The position numbers and the translations under genes were made by a program. A stretch of DNA of 64,000 nucleotides from an uncultured delta proteobacterium (GTDB lineage Bacteria > Desulfobacterota > Binatia > Bin18), in contig CAVTCR010000050.1 of the NCBI GenBank assembly GCA_963733195.1, forward strand, positions 32,001 to 96,000. Direction: 5' to 3'. The notes below the pieces were generated by a model that saw nothing but the letters and a program-made list of their open reading frames with translations, was not told the DNA's origin and ran no database searches. Of the stretch, positions 10,138 to 21,840 are shown in pieces; positions within the stretch are counted from its first letter, which is position 1; each line of letters opens with the position of its first letter.

Positions 10138-10571
10138 CCGTCGTCGGAAGTTATCGTCACTTTCTCATTTGGAAAGGGGGGACGCAAAACCAAGGAGGAG
10201 GTGTTTTCTCTGTAAAATGTCCGATAATTTTTCTTTGGTAAGAATTCTCTCCTCTTCAATTCATCTGCCGCTCCTCTGGATGGTGAGTGTTAAACACCTT
10301 CCCCCTCTCGGCTCTTCCAACTCCTTATAGATAACCTCAGCCCCCATATCCGCTAATTCCCTTCCAGCTACAGGGCCTGCGTAAGTCGTGCATGTTTATC
10401 ACCACACCTTCTGGACCAACTGATGAACTGCTGAATGCGTCTCTCGATAGAATTCTTCATTAGTCATAGACCTTCTCTCCTGCTCACCTCTCATTGCATC
10501 GTGAGAGTTGATTTGCTACCTCTTCTTGCCGGGTGGATCAAGTATTTAGAGTATTTAGCGAGGAGGCTGTT

Positions 10572-11918
10572 ATGTCTCAGTATCGTGTGTGGGCGAAGAA
10601 TGTAGCGTGTCTGATGTTTGTGACCTGCATAATGCTTGCTGGCAGTGCAGACGTGCAAGCTGACGAAACCTGCCAATCTCCATATCTTCCCAAAATTACC
10701 GGAGCGGAAGATTACGTGTATATCTGGACTCTCGGAGATAAAGGGTTGGGAGACGGTTCGGATAAGCTTGTGACTATCGGTGCAAATCCGAAACGACCCG
10801 ATCAGTATGGCAAAGTGATCTCCAGCGTCTCTGTTGGTGGTCAACACGAAGCCCATCATGGCGGGTTTACCGACGACCGTCGCCACTTATGGCTCGGTGG
10901 TCTCGACGATAGCAAAATCTTCGTCTTCGACATTGCTGCCAATCCCGCCAAGCCCAGTATGACAAAAACTATCGACACCTTCGTACAGGACTCTGGTGGG
11001 GTCGTTGGACCGCACACCTTCTATCCGTTGCCAGGCCGGATGCTCATTACCGGTCTCTCCAATGATAAAGATCACGGCGGTAAGACTGGCATGGTCGAAT
11101 ACAGCAATGAAGGCAAGTATATTCAAACCTATTGGATGCCTGCTGGTGCGGAATACGGCTACGATGTTCGCGTTCAGCCTCATCTCAATCGCATGCTGAC
11201 GTCATCCTTCACCGGATGGAACAACTACATGATGGACTTCGGCAAGATGCTTGCCGACCAAGAAGCCATGAAACGTTTTGGCAGCACGATGGTGATCTGG
11301 GACTTCCACGCGCGCAAGCCCATCCAAAACTTCGAAGTCCCGGGCGCACCGCTTGAGGTCCGTTGGGCACTCCAACCACGACATCACTACGCGTTTACTG
11401 CCACTGCGCTTACCTCAAAAATCTGGCTTGTTAATCAGAAAGAGGATGGCACCTTCGAGGCAAAACCAGTGGCTGACATAGGCGATCCCAAGAAAGTTCC
11501 GTTGCCAGTCGACATTAGTCTTTCCGCAGACGATCAGTTTCTCTTCGTGAATACGTTCATGGATGGTTCATGCCGAGTGTACAACGTGGCCGATCCAACC
11601 AAACCGAAGATGATTCACGAACAAAAGATCGGTGCGCAAGTGAACATGGTCTCGCAGTCGTGGGACGGTCAACGCGTGTACTTCACAACCTCACTGCTTG
11701 CGAACTGGGACAAAAAAGGTGAAGCCAACGAACAGTTCCTCAAGGCATACACCTGGGATGGAAAAGCGCTAAAACACACCTTCACCGTTGACTTCAATAA
11801 GGAAAAACTTGGTCGCCCACACATCATGCACTTTGGTCAGGACCAGTTTTACAAGAATCAGATTTACACCGAAAACGAAGTGCGCGACTCACAACGAGTC
11901 GTGGCAACAACTAAGTGA
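10572..11918 (+). CDS. mtoX: Methanethiol oxidase / SBP56 selenium-binding-protein family, exported
   Basis: GGAGG RBS, signal peptide, DETCQSPY, HEAHHGGFTDDR, GPHT, SSFTGWNNY and SLLANWDK (candidate TTQ tryptophans); adjacent SCO and MauG genes. Confidence 0.88.
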   Translation: MSQYRVWAKNVACLMFVTCIMLAGSADVQADETCQSPYLPKITGAEDYVYIWTLGDKGLGDGSDKLVTIGANPKRPDQYGKVISSVSVGGQHEAHHGGFTDDRRHLWLGGLDDSKIFVFDIAANPAKPSMTKTIDTFVQDSGGVVGPHTFYPLPGRMLITGLSNDKDHGGKTGMVEYSNEGKYIQTYWMPAGAEYGYDVRVQPHLNRMLTSSFTGWNNYMMDFGKMLADQEAMKRFGSTMVIWDFHARKPIQNFEVPGAPLEVRWALQPRHHYAFTATALTSKIWLVNQKEDGTFEAKPVADIGDPKKVPLPVDISLSADDQFLFVNTFMDGSCRVYNVADPTKPKMIHEQKIGAQVNMVSQSWDGQRVYFTTSLLANWDKKGEANEQFLKAYTWDGKALKHTFTVDFNKEKLGRPHIMHFGQDQFYKNQIYTENEVRDSQRVVATTK

Positions 11919-11925
11919 CAGCTCG

Positions 11926-11948
11926 TAGGGTGGGCAGTGCCCACCCTA
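11926..11948. repeat. GTAG-type REP-like palindrome
   Basis: (g)tagggtgggca-g-tgcccacccta, perfect 11-bp inverted repeat. Confidence 0.65.
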
Positions 11949-11968
11949 TTCTTTCCTGCGAAATCGCT

Positions 11969-12673
11969 ATGACTGCCCTTCCTCGTTTTGTTCTTAGTAT
12001 TGTTCTGCTCTTAGTTTCCTTGTCTTCTTCATCTCCCGCCCAAAACAGCGCCTCTGCTCTCCAGGATGCTTTACAACCGCAATTCACCCCCCCACCTCCA
12101 GGCACCTACGCCTTGCCAACTATCGACACTGTCACCGACCATTCCTTACTCAACACAAAGGGCGAGCGGACCAATCTCTTCGCACTAACACACGACAAAG
12201 TTGCCGTAGTCTCCTTCATGTATACATCGTGTGCAGATGTCGGCGGTTGCCCACTAGCAGCCGCCGTGTTGCATCAACTCGATCATCTACTGAGTCAACG
12301 TCCTGAAACGGCTCGGCATGTGACCCTACTCTCTGTCAGTTTCGATCCAGAACGAGATACCCCTTCGCGTATGGCGGAAACTCGTGCGACTCTACAGCCT
12401 CATAGTGACTGGCATTTTTTGACCAGTGCTACAAAGGCTGACCTCCAACCGGTTTTGACTGACTTCAACCAGCCTATTGCCAAGTTGACAATGGACAACG
12501 GCGAGTGGAGCGGCCTGTTTCGTCATGTGCTGAAGGTGTACTTGCTAGATCAGCATCACAACGTGCGTAACATCTACAGCACCGGGCTCTTCAGCGCCCA
12601 GCTTGTACTGAATGACATTGAAACTATTCTTTTCGAAACCAACAAACGTACCGTCACTAACGAATCACCATGA
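11969..12673 (+). CDS. SCO1/SenC-family copper chaperone
   Basis: YTSCADVGGCP, SVSFDPERDTP, WHFLT and a distal His; signal peptide. Confidence 0.9.
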   Translation: MTALPRFVLSIVLLLVSLSSSSPAQNSASALQDALQPQFTPPPPGTYALPTIDTVTDHSLLNTKGERTNLFALTHDKVAVVSFMYTSCADVGGCPLAAAVLHQLDHLLSQRPETARHVTLLSVSFDPERDTPSRMAETRATLQPHSDWHFLTSATKADLQPVLTDFNQPIAKLTMDNGEWSGLFRHVLKVYLLDQHHNVRNIYSTGLFSAQLVLNDIETILFETNKRTVTNESP

Positions 12674-13839
12674 GCGTCAATGGCTTCGGACGAAAGTTTA
12701 CTCTAATCCTTCTTTTTAACTTTTGCCTCTTGCCCTCTGGTTTCTGCCTTCCCCCAGCCCCTAACCCCCAGCCCCTAACCCCCAGCCCGGTCCCGCTCGG
12801 CCTGCCTGTTTCATTACCAATTCCAGTAGACAACTCGCTCACTCCAGAAAAGATCGCACTCGGTCGTCAACTCTTCTTCGACCGCCGCCTTTCACCCAAC
12901 GACACGATGTCCTGCGCCATGTGTCATGTCCCAACCCAAGGCTTCACCGTCAACGAAACCCGCTTAGCTGTGGGTATGAACGGACAGTCCACCAAGCGGA
13001 ATCCACCAGCACTGTATAACGTGGCGTACTTGCGAGTGCTGTTTCACGACGGACGAGAATTTACACTCGAAGACCAGGTTATCTCCCCTCTGACGAATCC
13101 GGTCGAAATGGCGAACCCGTCGATGGGCTACGTTGTTAACAAAGTACGAAAGCTACCTGGTTACGAGGAACAATTCCAGAAAACATTTGGTGAGGGCATC
13201 AGCGTTGCGACCATAGGAAAAGCCATTGCCAGCTACGAACGTACACTGCTCTCCGGCAACTCGCCTTTTGACCGCTGGTATTTCGGCAAAGATCAAAACG
13301 CCGTGAGTCAAGAAGTAAAAGCGGGGTTCAAGATCTTCTCAGGAAAAGGGCAATGCATCACTTGTCACACGATAGCCAGAGACGCCGCCCTGTTTACCAA
13401 TCAAAGTTTTCACAATACCGGGGTCGCTCAATTACAACTCATTCCGGAAAAGACTATTGATGTGGATTTGGGTGGCGGCCTCACCGTCAAAATGCCACGC
13501 ACGCAAGTCAACGAAGTACTCACTCCGCCTGAACAAGACCGTGGGCGGTATGAAGTCACGCTCGATCCGACTGATCTCTGGCGCTACAAAACCCCCTCGT
13601 TACGGAATGTCGCACTCACTGCCCCATACATGCACAACGGCGCGTTGCTGACGCTTGAGGAAGTTGTTGATTACTACGACCGTGGTGGCACTGGCAGTGA
13701 AGGGCAAGATCCAAAGATTTCCTCCTTGACCCTCACCCCAGAAGAAAAGCATGCCCTTGTGGCTTTCTTACGCAGTCTCACAGGCGATAATGTCCAAGTA
13801 CTCGCGACAGAAACGTCCCCGCTTGTGCTCTCTCCGTAA
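12670..13839 (+). CDS. mauG: MauG-like di-heme cytochrome c peroxidase
   Basis: Two CXXCH motifs (CAMCH, CITCH), LGRQLFFD, KTPSLRNV, APYMHNG; start overlaps the SCO stop (ATGA). Confidence 0.8.
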   Translation: MSVNGFGRKFTLILLFNFCLLPSGFCLPPAPNPQPLTPSPVPLGLPVSLPIPVDNSLTPEKIALGRQLFFDRRLSPNDTMSCAMCHVPTQGFTVNETRLAVGMNGQSTKRNPPALYNVAYLRVLFHDGREFTLEDQVISPLTNPVEMANPSMGYVVNKVRKLPGYEEQFQKTFGEGISVATIGKAIASYERTLLSGNSPFDRWYFGKDQNAVSQEVKAGFKIFSGKGQCITCHTIARDAALFTNQSFHNTGVAQLQLIPEKTIDVDLGGGLTVKMPRTQVNEVLTPPEQDRGRYEVTLDPTDLWRYKTPSLRNVALTAPYMHNGALLTLEEVVDYYDRGGTGSEGQDPKISSLTLTPEEKHALVAFLRSLTGDNVQVLATETSPLVLSP

Positions 13840-13922
13840 CCAGGAGCAGACTGTATGGTTGACAGCATTAGGTAGACCGCTACCCTACTGTCTGACTTTT
13901 TTCTTGAGGAGCAAGCGAACTA

Positions 13923-15218
<1,296 letters not shown>

Positions 15219-15227
15219 GCTTGAGAG

Positions 15228-15277
15228 CGCGGGCGTCTCGTCGCGCAACAGGCGCTACGTTTTCGCGGGCGTCTCGT
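15228..15277. repeat. Direct repeat CGCGGGCGTCTCGT x2 (REP remnant)
   Basis: 14-mer at 15228 and 15264, between convergent genes. Confidence 0.55.
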
Positions 15278-15321
15278 AGGTGCTACAGGCCCTCTCCTAC
15301 TCGTTTTGCCTATCGTGTAAC

Positions 15322-16679
15322 CTAAACGGCTGCACCGCCCCTGACCAATACGGCCTCGCTTGCAGGTTGATGCCGTACCCCATGGAGTCTGACACGATCA
15401 GTCAGATTCAGTAGGATCGGCATCATATCGGTTCCATACACACGGCCCAATCCACCAGTGATCACTGCTCGTTCGTGAAATTCCTTCACGTGATCAGAAA
15501 GACACATTGGCTCCTCCAGCAATGAGCAATGGCACAGCTTCTCCTGAATGAATCAGCGGGCCACTACTCGGTGTTGCATGATCACCTGTCACAACCACAA
15601 GCAGATCATCTTTCACTCTCGATTCGTTTAACGATGTCACCAAGGGTGCGATCAATCGCTTCGATCGCATGTTGCTTTCCTAATGGATCTTTCCGATGAG
15701 CTGATACGTCTGGACCTTTTGAATGTAGATGTACGAATTCATATCCTTGTTGGAACAATTCATCAGCAGCATGGAGTTTCGCACTGAAGTCAGCAGCAAT
15801 GTCGGAATGCTGAGGTACAGTCACAGAAGTTATGCCGCAAACACGCGCGATACCAATATAAAGTGGATAATTCTCCACGCTTGCTGCCCGTAGGCCGTTC
15901 TGCTCAAAGAATGGTGTAACATTTGGGCGCACTGATGCCCATTTAGTCAACAAAAAATTTATAGATGCTAGGTTAACTCTTTGTCTTTGCTGGTTAATTG
16001 GATGAGAACGCAGCCGTTCATACACCCACTTCAAGTAATTGTTTAAGGCTGTAGCTGTGCGAGTAGCGTTGGGTTGATCAGGATCTTCTGCTAATGGCAG
16101 TGCCTCCGCGACAAACGCTCCATTATAAAATGGATCAACATCAGATACATAGCGACTTGGATGGCCAGAAAGGGTGAGGATTGCTTCACAATGTCCACAG
16201 GATTGCAATGAAAAATTGATTCCGTGCTCCTCGTATCCGGCAATCACTATGCTCAATTCTTCACAGTCAGCCTCATCACGAGGCTTTTTCTCTTCCCAGA
16301 GAATCGAATCTCGTCGTACCTGTCCATCAACGATCGTCGTCGAGGCAAAACTTGCCAGCATAACGACAGTTTCCGGAGAAACATCGAAACCACGTCCGAT
16401 TGCTTCAAAGGCAGAGCGTCCAGGAAATTTCTCTGGCGAATAACCAAAGAGCAAGAAGTGAGAGAACTCACTTTCCAGCGGAATACCTGGAGACCACGGA
16501 ACAAGTAAACCAGTCGTACCAAGCTCAGCAAGCCGATCTAGATTCGGAGTGTAGGCGGCTTCAAGCGGTGTCTTACCGCCGAGTGCTTTCTGAGGACGGT
16601 CAGCAAGGCCGTCGAGAATCACGAAGAGAATGCGGATTGCAGAATGCGGATTGTGGATTCGTGTCTCTGTATTCGCCAT
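15322..16679 (-). CDS. Archaeal-type 2,3-bisphosphoglycerate-independent phosphoglycerate mutase family (ApgM), frameshifted near the C-terminus
   Basis: ILDGLADRP, TPLEAAYTPNLD, HLHSKGPDVSAH; VTGDHATP...HSG continues in another frame. Confidence 0.8.
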
Positions 16680-16701
16680 GAATATGTCTACCGACCGCTG
16701 G

Positions 16702-17260
16702 CTACTGAATACTGACTACTTTCCTCAGCCGTTCCACTGCTCTAATCTCTTGCAGCACTCGGACCACGGCACGTGGCACCAGAATGTCCCATTCCCTTCC
16801 CTCACGTAACCGTTGTCGCACCTCGCTGCCACTCACCTCTTTCGCTACTCCTTCATCAAGCACTTCAACATGCCAGTTGTGTTCTGTAAAAGCGCTGCAA
16901 TTTTTCTTGCCCCCAGGAAGAAAAAATACGCACAAACTGCATAGTCTCCCTTGGACAGTAATACGACCAGCGCTCTGGATGATGAATCGGAAACGGCACG
17001 ATGGCAACGCGAGATAACGGTACTTCAGCTTCGATCAACGTCGATTGAATCATCTGGTGCCGCTCGAAGAACGTAAAGATGTTCGCCTCTGGCAAATGCC
17101 GTACACTATCAGCGACCTCATGCACAATGAGTGATGGGTCGGGGTTGGTAATGCCAATGAAGAGGAAATCGCACCGGGCCAATGCTGTACGAGCATATTC
17201 CCAGTGACCATTATGAAACGGCTGGAACCGCCCGTGAATCATGCCATAGCGATGCAGCAT
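16702..17260 (-). CDS. Nicotinamide-nucleotide adenylyltransferase-like (NadM) nucleotidyltransferase, one frameshift near 16890
   Basis: HGRFQPFHNGH, IGITNPD, TFFERHQMI, VSGSEVRQRL...WDILVP. Confidence 0.8.
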
Positions 17261-17334
17261 GCGCGCTTTATAGCAGGATTCCCCCGACTCTTCACACGAC
17301 CACAAACTCGCGTGTTAGGAAAACGATTATCTCA

Positions 17335-18815
17335 CTATTGTTGCGACTGGTCGTTCTGGGTCTGGGCATATGCGTCGGAGGTTTTCACTGCTGCAGGAGC
17401 GGCAGTGTTGGTTGGTGTACCTACCGTCGCTGGAGTTGGTGTCGTTACGGTTGTCACCGGAAGTTCTTTCTCGTTCACCTCAAATACCAACCGTCCAGCA
17501 GCGTCTTGGGCCGTTATGCTTGCCGCAACCTCTGCCGGCAATTGCACCGGGCGCAACTGAGGAAACTTTCCTTCCTCGAGCGAAGGACGCAAGTAGAACA
17601 AATCTGGATGTGGGATCTCCATCTGGCTCTTCACTGACGTATCCAGATACCAATTCCTTCGCATAAAGTCAGGATTGAAAAATACCTCTTTCTCTTCGGC
17701 ACTCCAGTTTCGCAGTCGGTGATTATCCCGCACATTGTAGGTGAGAACGTCAGAAGCGATATGCCAGTAGGTAATCAACATCGGTCCGTATCCGCGTTCA
17801 CCCATACTCGGGTTGAACATTTCGGTCATGCGCACTTCAATAAATGCTAACTTTCCATCCGGCCCATACTGCTCGATCCGCAGCGGATAAAAGGAGTGCT
17901 TTTCTAACCAATAGAGAATGCGCGGTGCGTAGTAGTTCGGCAGCCAATCTTCGCGCGCACGGGCCTCCACGACATAACATTCAACGCCACCATCATTGCG
18001 ATAATGGGAATAGTTTTTGCCCATGATCTTGAGATCACGCGGTAGACGACTTCGCGTAGTGTTCCGTCACCCGTGTTACCAATCACAATCGTTGGGCGTG
18101 TTACCGGAAAACGCACCGTCTGAAAAAGAACGTCCGTACCGATCAACCGCCAAGAATACTCCCAGGCATCACGGCCATTCCCATCATCCGAGGTTTGCGC
18201 TTGATTTGGATAGCGATCTTGGCGACGGTTGGGCGCTTGATGCCGCACTCGCCGGATCGCCGGAGTGTACATGAACGCCTCCTCTTTCTTAGGGAAGGTC
18301 AGGTCAGTGCGATAGCGAATGGTCATGCGCTGCGAGCCTTCAGCGTCTGGCGGGAAGGTATTCTGATTTATATAGCGATAGAGTTCCTCACCCGGCTTGC
18401 GGAGAAATTCCGCCTTCACACCATCCGGTCCAAGATAATTCATGAAGGTAATCGATTTTCCTGGATTCAACAAAACCCCTTGAGGTGTAATTGACCCCCA
18501 CAAGTTGGCAAAGGCACACGACCAACGAGGGCGTTGGGTAAATTCCATTAACCGGTATCCCATCTCTTCAGCTGTATATGGTGCAGTGAAAGGATACGGC
18601 TCAGCTGGAAGGTAGGACACCTGGGAATCGCGTGGAGTCTCAGAGCGCAGATCTACGTTGCGCAGTTCCTCAGGCGATAATTCCTCAACCGTTTTCCAGC
18701 TTCGCTCAGCACCCTGAACGTGTCCATTTGAAACTGGACCCTGTGTCCGTCCAACGTTGGGAACGAACAAGGCCAGGGCAAGCAAAGGAGCAATAACAGT
18801 GATTGGTGCCTTCAT
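17335..18815 (-). CDS. DUF1329 / LolA-like exported protein, one frameshift near 18040
   Basis: Signal peptide; YTPAIRRVR, WEYSWRLIG, CYVVEA, YPLRIEQYG motifs. Confidence 0.7.
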
Positions 18816-18934
18816 GGTTTTGGTGCAATCTGCCCCAAACAAGCCCTAGGTGACTTGCCGGTCTCAGTATTGCCCTCATCAGTACTTATAAAGGATGAAC
18901 GCTCATTCAGCAAGAGAGAAAGAGGATCGTTCCC

Positions 18935-19894
18935 TTACGGTGCTAGCAAGCTCAAAGCTTTATGCGTCGCAGCCAAGCGTTCCTCATTTACGGGGCTTAC
19001 GGCAAGAACCGGCATCGCGGCTCCAGCATCATGAAACGCAGCAAGTTGTTCGCGACACATGCTCGGCGGACCAAACACACAGACTTCTTCAACCATTTGA
19101 TCGGAAACCAAAGCGGCTGCCGCGCGTCGATCGCCTTTTTTCCACGCTTCCTGCATAGCGTTGACCTCGTTAACAAACCCACAGCGACGCCATTGCTTAC
19201 GATAAAAAGGCAGTTGCGCAAAAAACGCAAGATTGTATCGCGCCGCAGAACGTGCCTGGTCAATATCTTCAGAGATGAAGGTGGGAATACTGACAATACA
19301 ATCGACAGTCTGCGGATCCTTTCCTACCCTCTGTGCTGCCTCTTTTGCCGCTTTGACTAGGCTAGGTAGATAGGAACGTGCAGGTAAGAACGGCATGATC
19401 CCGTCCGCTACTTCTCCACCAACTTCTGCGGACTCTACCGTCACTGCCCCAACATACACCGGAACAGGATGTATGGATGGCCGTGGGCGAAAGAACGAGC
19501 CAATCTGTTTTCCACTCAGCACATTTTTTACTGTTTGTGCATATGAGCGCATGTATTGGCGCGGTTGGTCCATCGTGATCCCGAGGGACTCAAGCAATGG
19601 TCGATGGCTGATCCCGAATCCCAACAGCAGACGTCCATCGGAAAGCTCATCAATTGTTACGGCCGTCATGGCCGCAAGGAACGGATGGCGGAAGTAAATG
19701 TTGGCGATGTTCGTACCAACCTGGATACGTGACGTCCCAAGAGCGATAGCTTCTGTACAGGCAAGCGCGTCTCCTCTTCCTTCATTAACGAGGATCGCAG
19801 CATAGCCTTTATCTTCAGCGAGTTTCCCCAACTCTACAAATTCCTTCGGTGGCGCTTCAGTGGCGGTCGAAAGTACGACTCCCAAACGCTTCAT
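18935..19894 (-). CDS. LLM-class (luciferase-like) flavin/F420-dependent oxidoreductase
   Basis: GTNIANIYFRHP, ELSDGRLLLGFGISH, GEVADG motifs. Confidence 0.9.
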   Translation of the reverse strand: MKRLGVVLSTATEAPPKEFVELGKLAEDKGYAAILVNEGRGDALACTEAIALGTSRIQVGTNIANIYFRHPFLAAMTAVTIDELSDGRLLLGFGISHRPLLESLGITMDQPRQYMRSYAQTVKNVLSGKQIGSFFRPRPSIHPVPVYVGAVTVESAEVGGEVADGIMPFLPARSYLPSLVKAAKEAAQRVGKDPQTVDCIVSIPTFISEDIDQARSAARYNLAFFAQLPFYRKQWRRCGFVNEVNAMQEAWKKGDRRAAAALVSDQMVEEVCVFGPPSMCREQLAAFHDAGAAMPVLAVSPVNEERLAATHKALSLLAP

Positions 19895-19939
19895 AGTCCC
19901 TCCCTGTCGTTCGGCCCTCAGCCGTTTCCTCTTGATCGA

Positions 19940-20269
19940 TTACTTGGTCTCAGTGCTCTCGCTGGTCGTGGGCGCCGAGCTAGTCGCTGGCGTGGTAGAC
20001 TGCGGTGTTTCTCCCGGCTTCAATACTTGTTTCTGTAGCTTCACCAAGTGTGCTCGTCCGTACGCGGTGTCGAACACTCCAGCATCCTCTCCAGCAATGG
20101 TAAACTGGTAACGTCCTGGTTGCGGACGAAGCGCAAGATACAACAAAAGGGCTAATAAGAAAAACATCTGCCACGTTAGCAGTCGGAGAAATCGTTCGAC
20201 TTGCTTTATGTGCGGGACCAGATCAACACCCGCTACCGGAAGCTCGGGACGGCCCTCTTTTGTTGGCAT
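19940..20269 (-). CDS. Small single-TM hypothetical protein
   Basis: GAGG RBS, TM segment followed by PGRYQ...FDTAYG. Confidence 0.6.
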   Translation of the reverse strand: MPTKEGRPELPVAGVDLVPHIKQVERFLRLLTWQMFFLLALLLYLALRPQPGRYQFTIAGEDAGVFDTAYGRAHLVKLQKQVLKPGETPQSTTPATSSAPTTSESTETK

Positions 20270-20551
20270 ATTTACCTCTTTGTAATCGTCTCGGCATTCG
20301 GCGTAGCTCCACGAACAATATGAAAATTTGCACTGCGCCGTTCATCTGGACTACAATCTCTTTAGAGCGTACTGCGTCAAATCGAGAAAAGATCTTTAAC
20401 AGAGCGCGGCTTATTGCCCAAGCCTGGGTATAGGTTTTCTTGCAAGAATTCTCAACTCAAGCAGAAGCCCGTTAGTAGCATCGTATTGTTTTTTTGTTCG
20501 TTCTGTGGTCTGTATGGAAACATCAATTACTAATTGCCTAGCGTGATACAT

Positions 20552-21325
20552 ATGGCGGTACGCGAGCGTTACCCTAACAATATCCAAGCTGCAACGCTAA
20601 AAGCTGAGATTCGCAAGGCAATTTGGAATTTACTGACACAGCAAGGGATCATCCGCTTCCCCGGTCCGACTGGAAGGATTCCCAATTTTATCGGCGCGGA
20701 ACGCGCCGCCATGCTCCTCCGCGAGTTGACCGTCTGGCGCAAAGCGCAAGTCATCAAAGTTGGGTCCGATGCCCCGCAGCTTCCGGTACGGCGTGCCGCC
20801 TTAGCAGATGGGAAGATTCTCTATCTCGCGGTCCCACGGCTACGCGCGGAAAAATGTTTTGTTGAACTCGACCCGCAACGGCTCGGTGCTCGCATTGCTG
20901 TAGCTGCCAGCATTCGTGGAGCCCTCAAGTATGGTCGCCTTGTCACTCCACGTGAAATGCGACATACCGATTTGATCGTCAGCGGTTCCGTTGCGGCTAG
21001 TCGCGACGGCGCGCGGCTCGGCAAAGGTGGTGGATTTTCTGATCTGGAGTATGGCTTGCTTCGTGAAGAAGGAAAAGTCCGCGAACTCACTCCCATTGTT
21101 ACTACCATTCACCCCCTCCAATTGATCCTCCACAAGATTCCGATGTTTCCGCACGATCTTCCGGTGGACTTCGTCATTACCCCCACAGAAGTCATCGCCA
21201 CGCGTGCAGTTTATCCACGTCCACGCGGAATCTATTGGGACTTACTACGTGAAATAAAAATCAATGCCATTCCCATCTTGCGCAAGCGCTTGCGTCAAGG
21301 GGGAACAGGTACTCGACAAGGGTAG
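20552..21325 (+). CDS. 5-formyltetrahydrofolate cyclo-ligase family (MTHFSD-like paralog)
   Basis: GRIPNFIGA, DAPQ, GSVA, RLGKGGGFSDLE, HDLPVD motifs. Confidence 0.88.
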   Translation: MAVRERYPNNIQAATLKAEIRKAIWNLLTQQGIIRFPGPTGRIPNFIGAERAAMLLRELTVWRKAQVIKVGSDAPQLPVRRAALADGKILYLAVPRLRAEKCFVELDPQRLGARIAVAASIRGALKYGRLVTPREMRHTDLIVSGSVAASRDGARLGKGGGFSDLEYGLLREEGKVRELTPIVTTIHPLQLILHKIPMFPHDLPVDFVITPTEVIATRAVYPRPRGIYWDLLREIKINAIPILRKRLRQGGTGTRQG

Positions 21326-21346
21326 TTTCAAGAAGAAAACGACGAC

Positions 21347-21817
21347 TTAGCTGCTCAAGCGATGCGCTGCAGTAATGGCTAGAGTCACTGCTTCGGTCGG
21401 TGTCTTTGCAGCCTGAACACCTTTCACATCTCCCCACGCATTGACCCCAATGACGGCTTTGCCTAGCTTCAAGGCAAGTGCGACTTCCGATAACGTTCCA
21501 TACGATCCAGGTAACGCAATCACTGCATCTCCAGCAGCAACCACCATCACATTCCGTGCGTGTCCTACACCTGAAGGGATCACGATAGACAAGGACGAAT
21601 TCCCAGTTGAAGCATCGTAGGTCGGTAGAATTCCGACTGTCGTTCCTCCCTGCGCCACTGCGCCATGTGCAGCCGCGGCCATCACGCCACCAAGTCCGCC
21701 ACATACAACCACAGCCCCGCTCCTTGCGAGCAACTGCCCAACCTCTTCGGCCCACTGTGTTACTTCAGGGGAGGGATTATTATCACCAACGACAGCAACC
21801 TGTAGTTTTCGTGCCAT
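21347..21817 (-). CDS. TIGR00725 / LOG-like Rossmann-fold protein
   Basis: CGGLGGVM, VGILP, ARNV, GSYGTLSE motifs. Confidence 0.88.
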   Translation of the reverse strand: MARKLQVAVVGDNNPSPEVTQWAEEVGQLLARSGAVVVCGGLGGVMAAAAHGAVAQGGTTVGILPTYDASTGNSSLSIVIPSGVGHARNVMVVAAGDAVIALPGSYGTLSEVALALKLGKAVIGVNAWGDVKGVQAAKTPTEAVTLAITAAHRLSS

Positions 21818-21840
21818 AGCTGGCTTCTCCCAAATGTAAT

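Noticed and set aside
10165-10200. GGAAAGGGGGGACGCAAAACC resembling a c-di-GMP-I riboswitch core
   Set aside because: The upstream GGCAAA stem and downstream P2 elements are missing, and the region is the tRNA's upstream sequence on the other strand.
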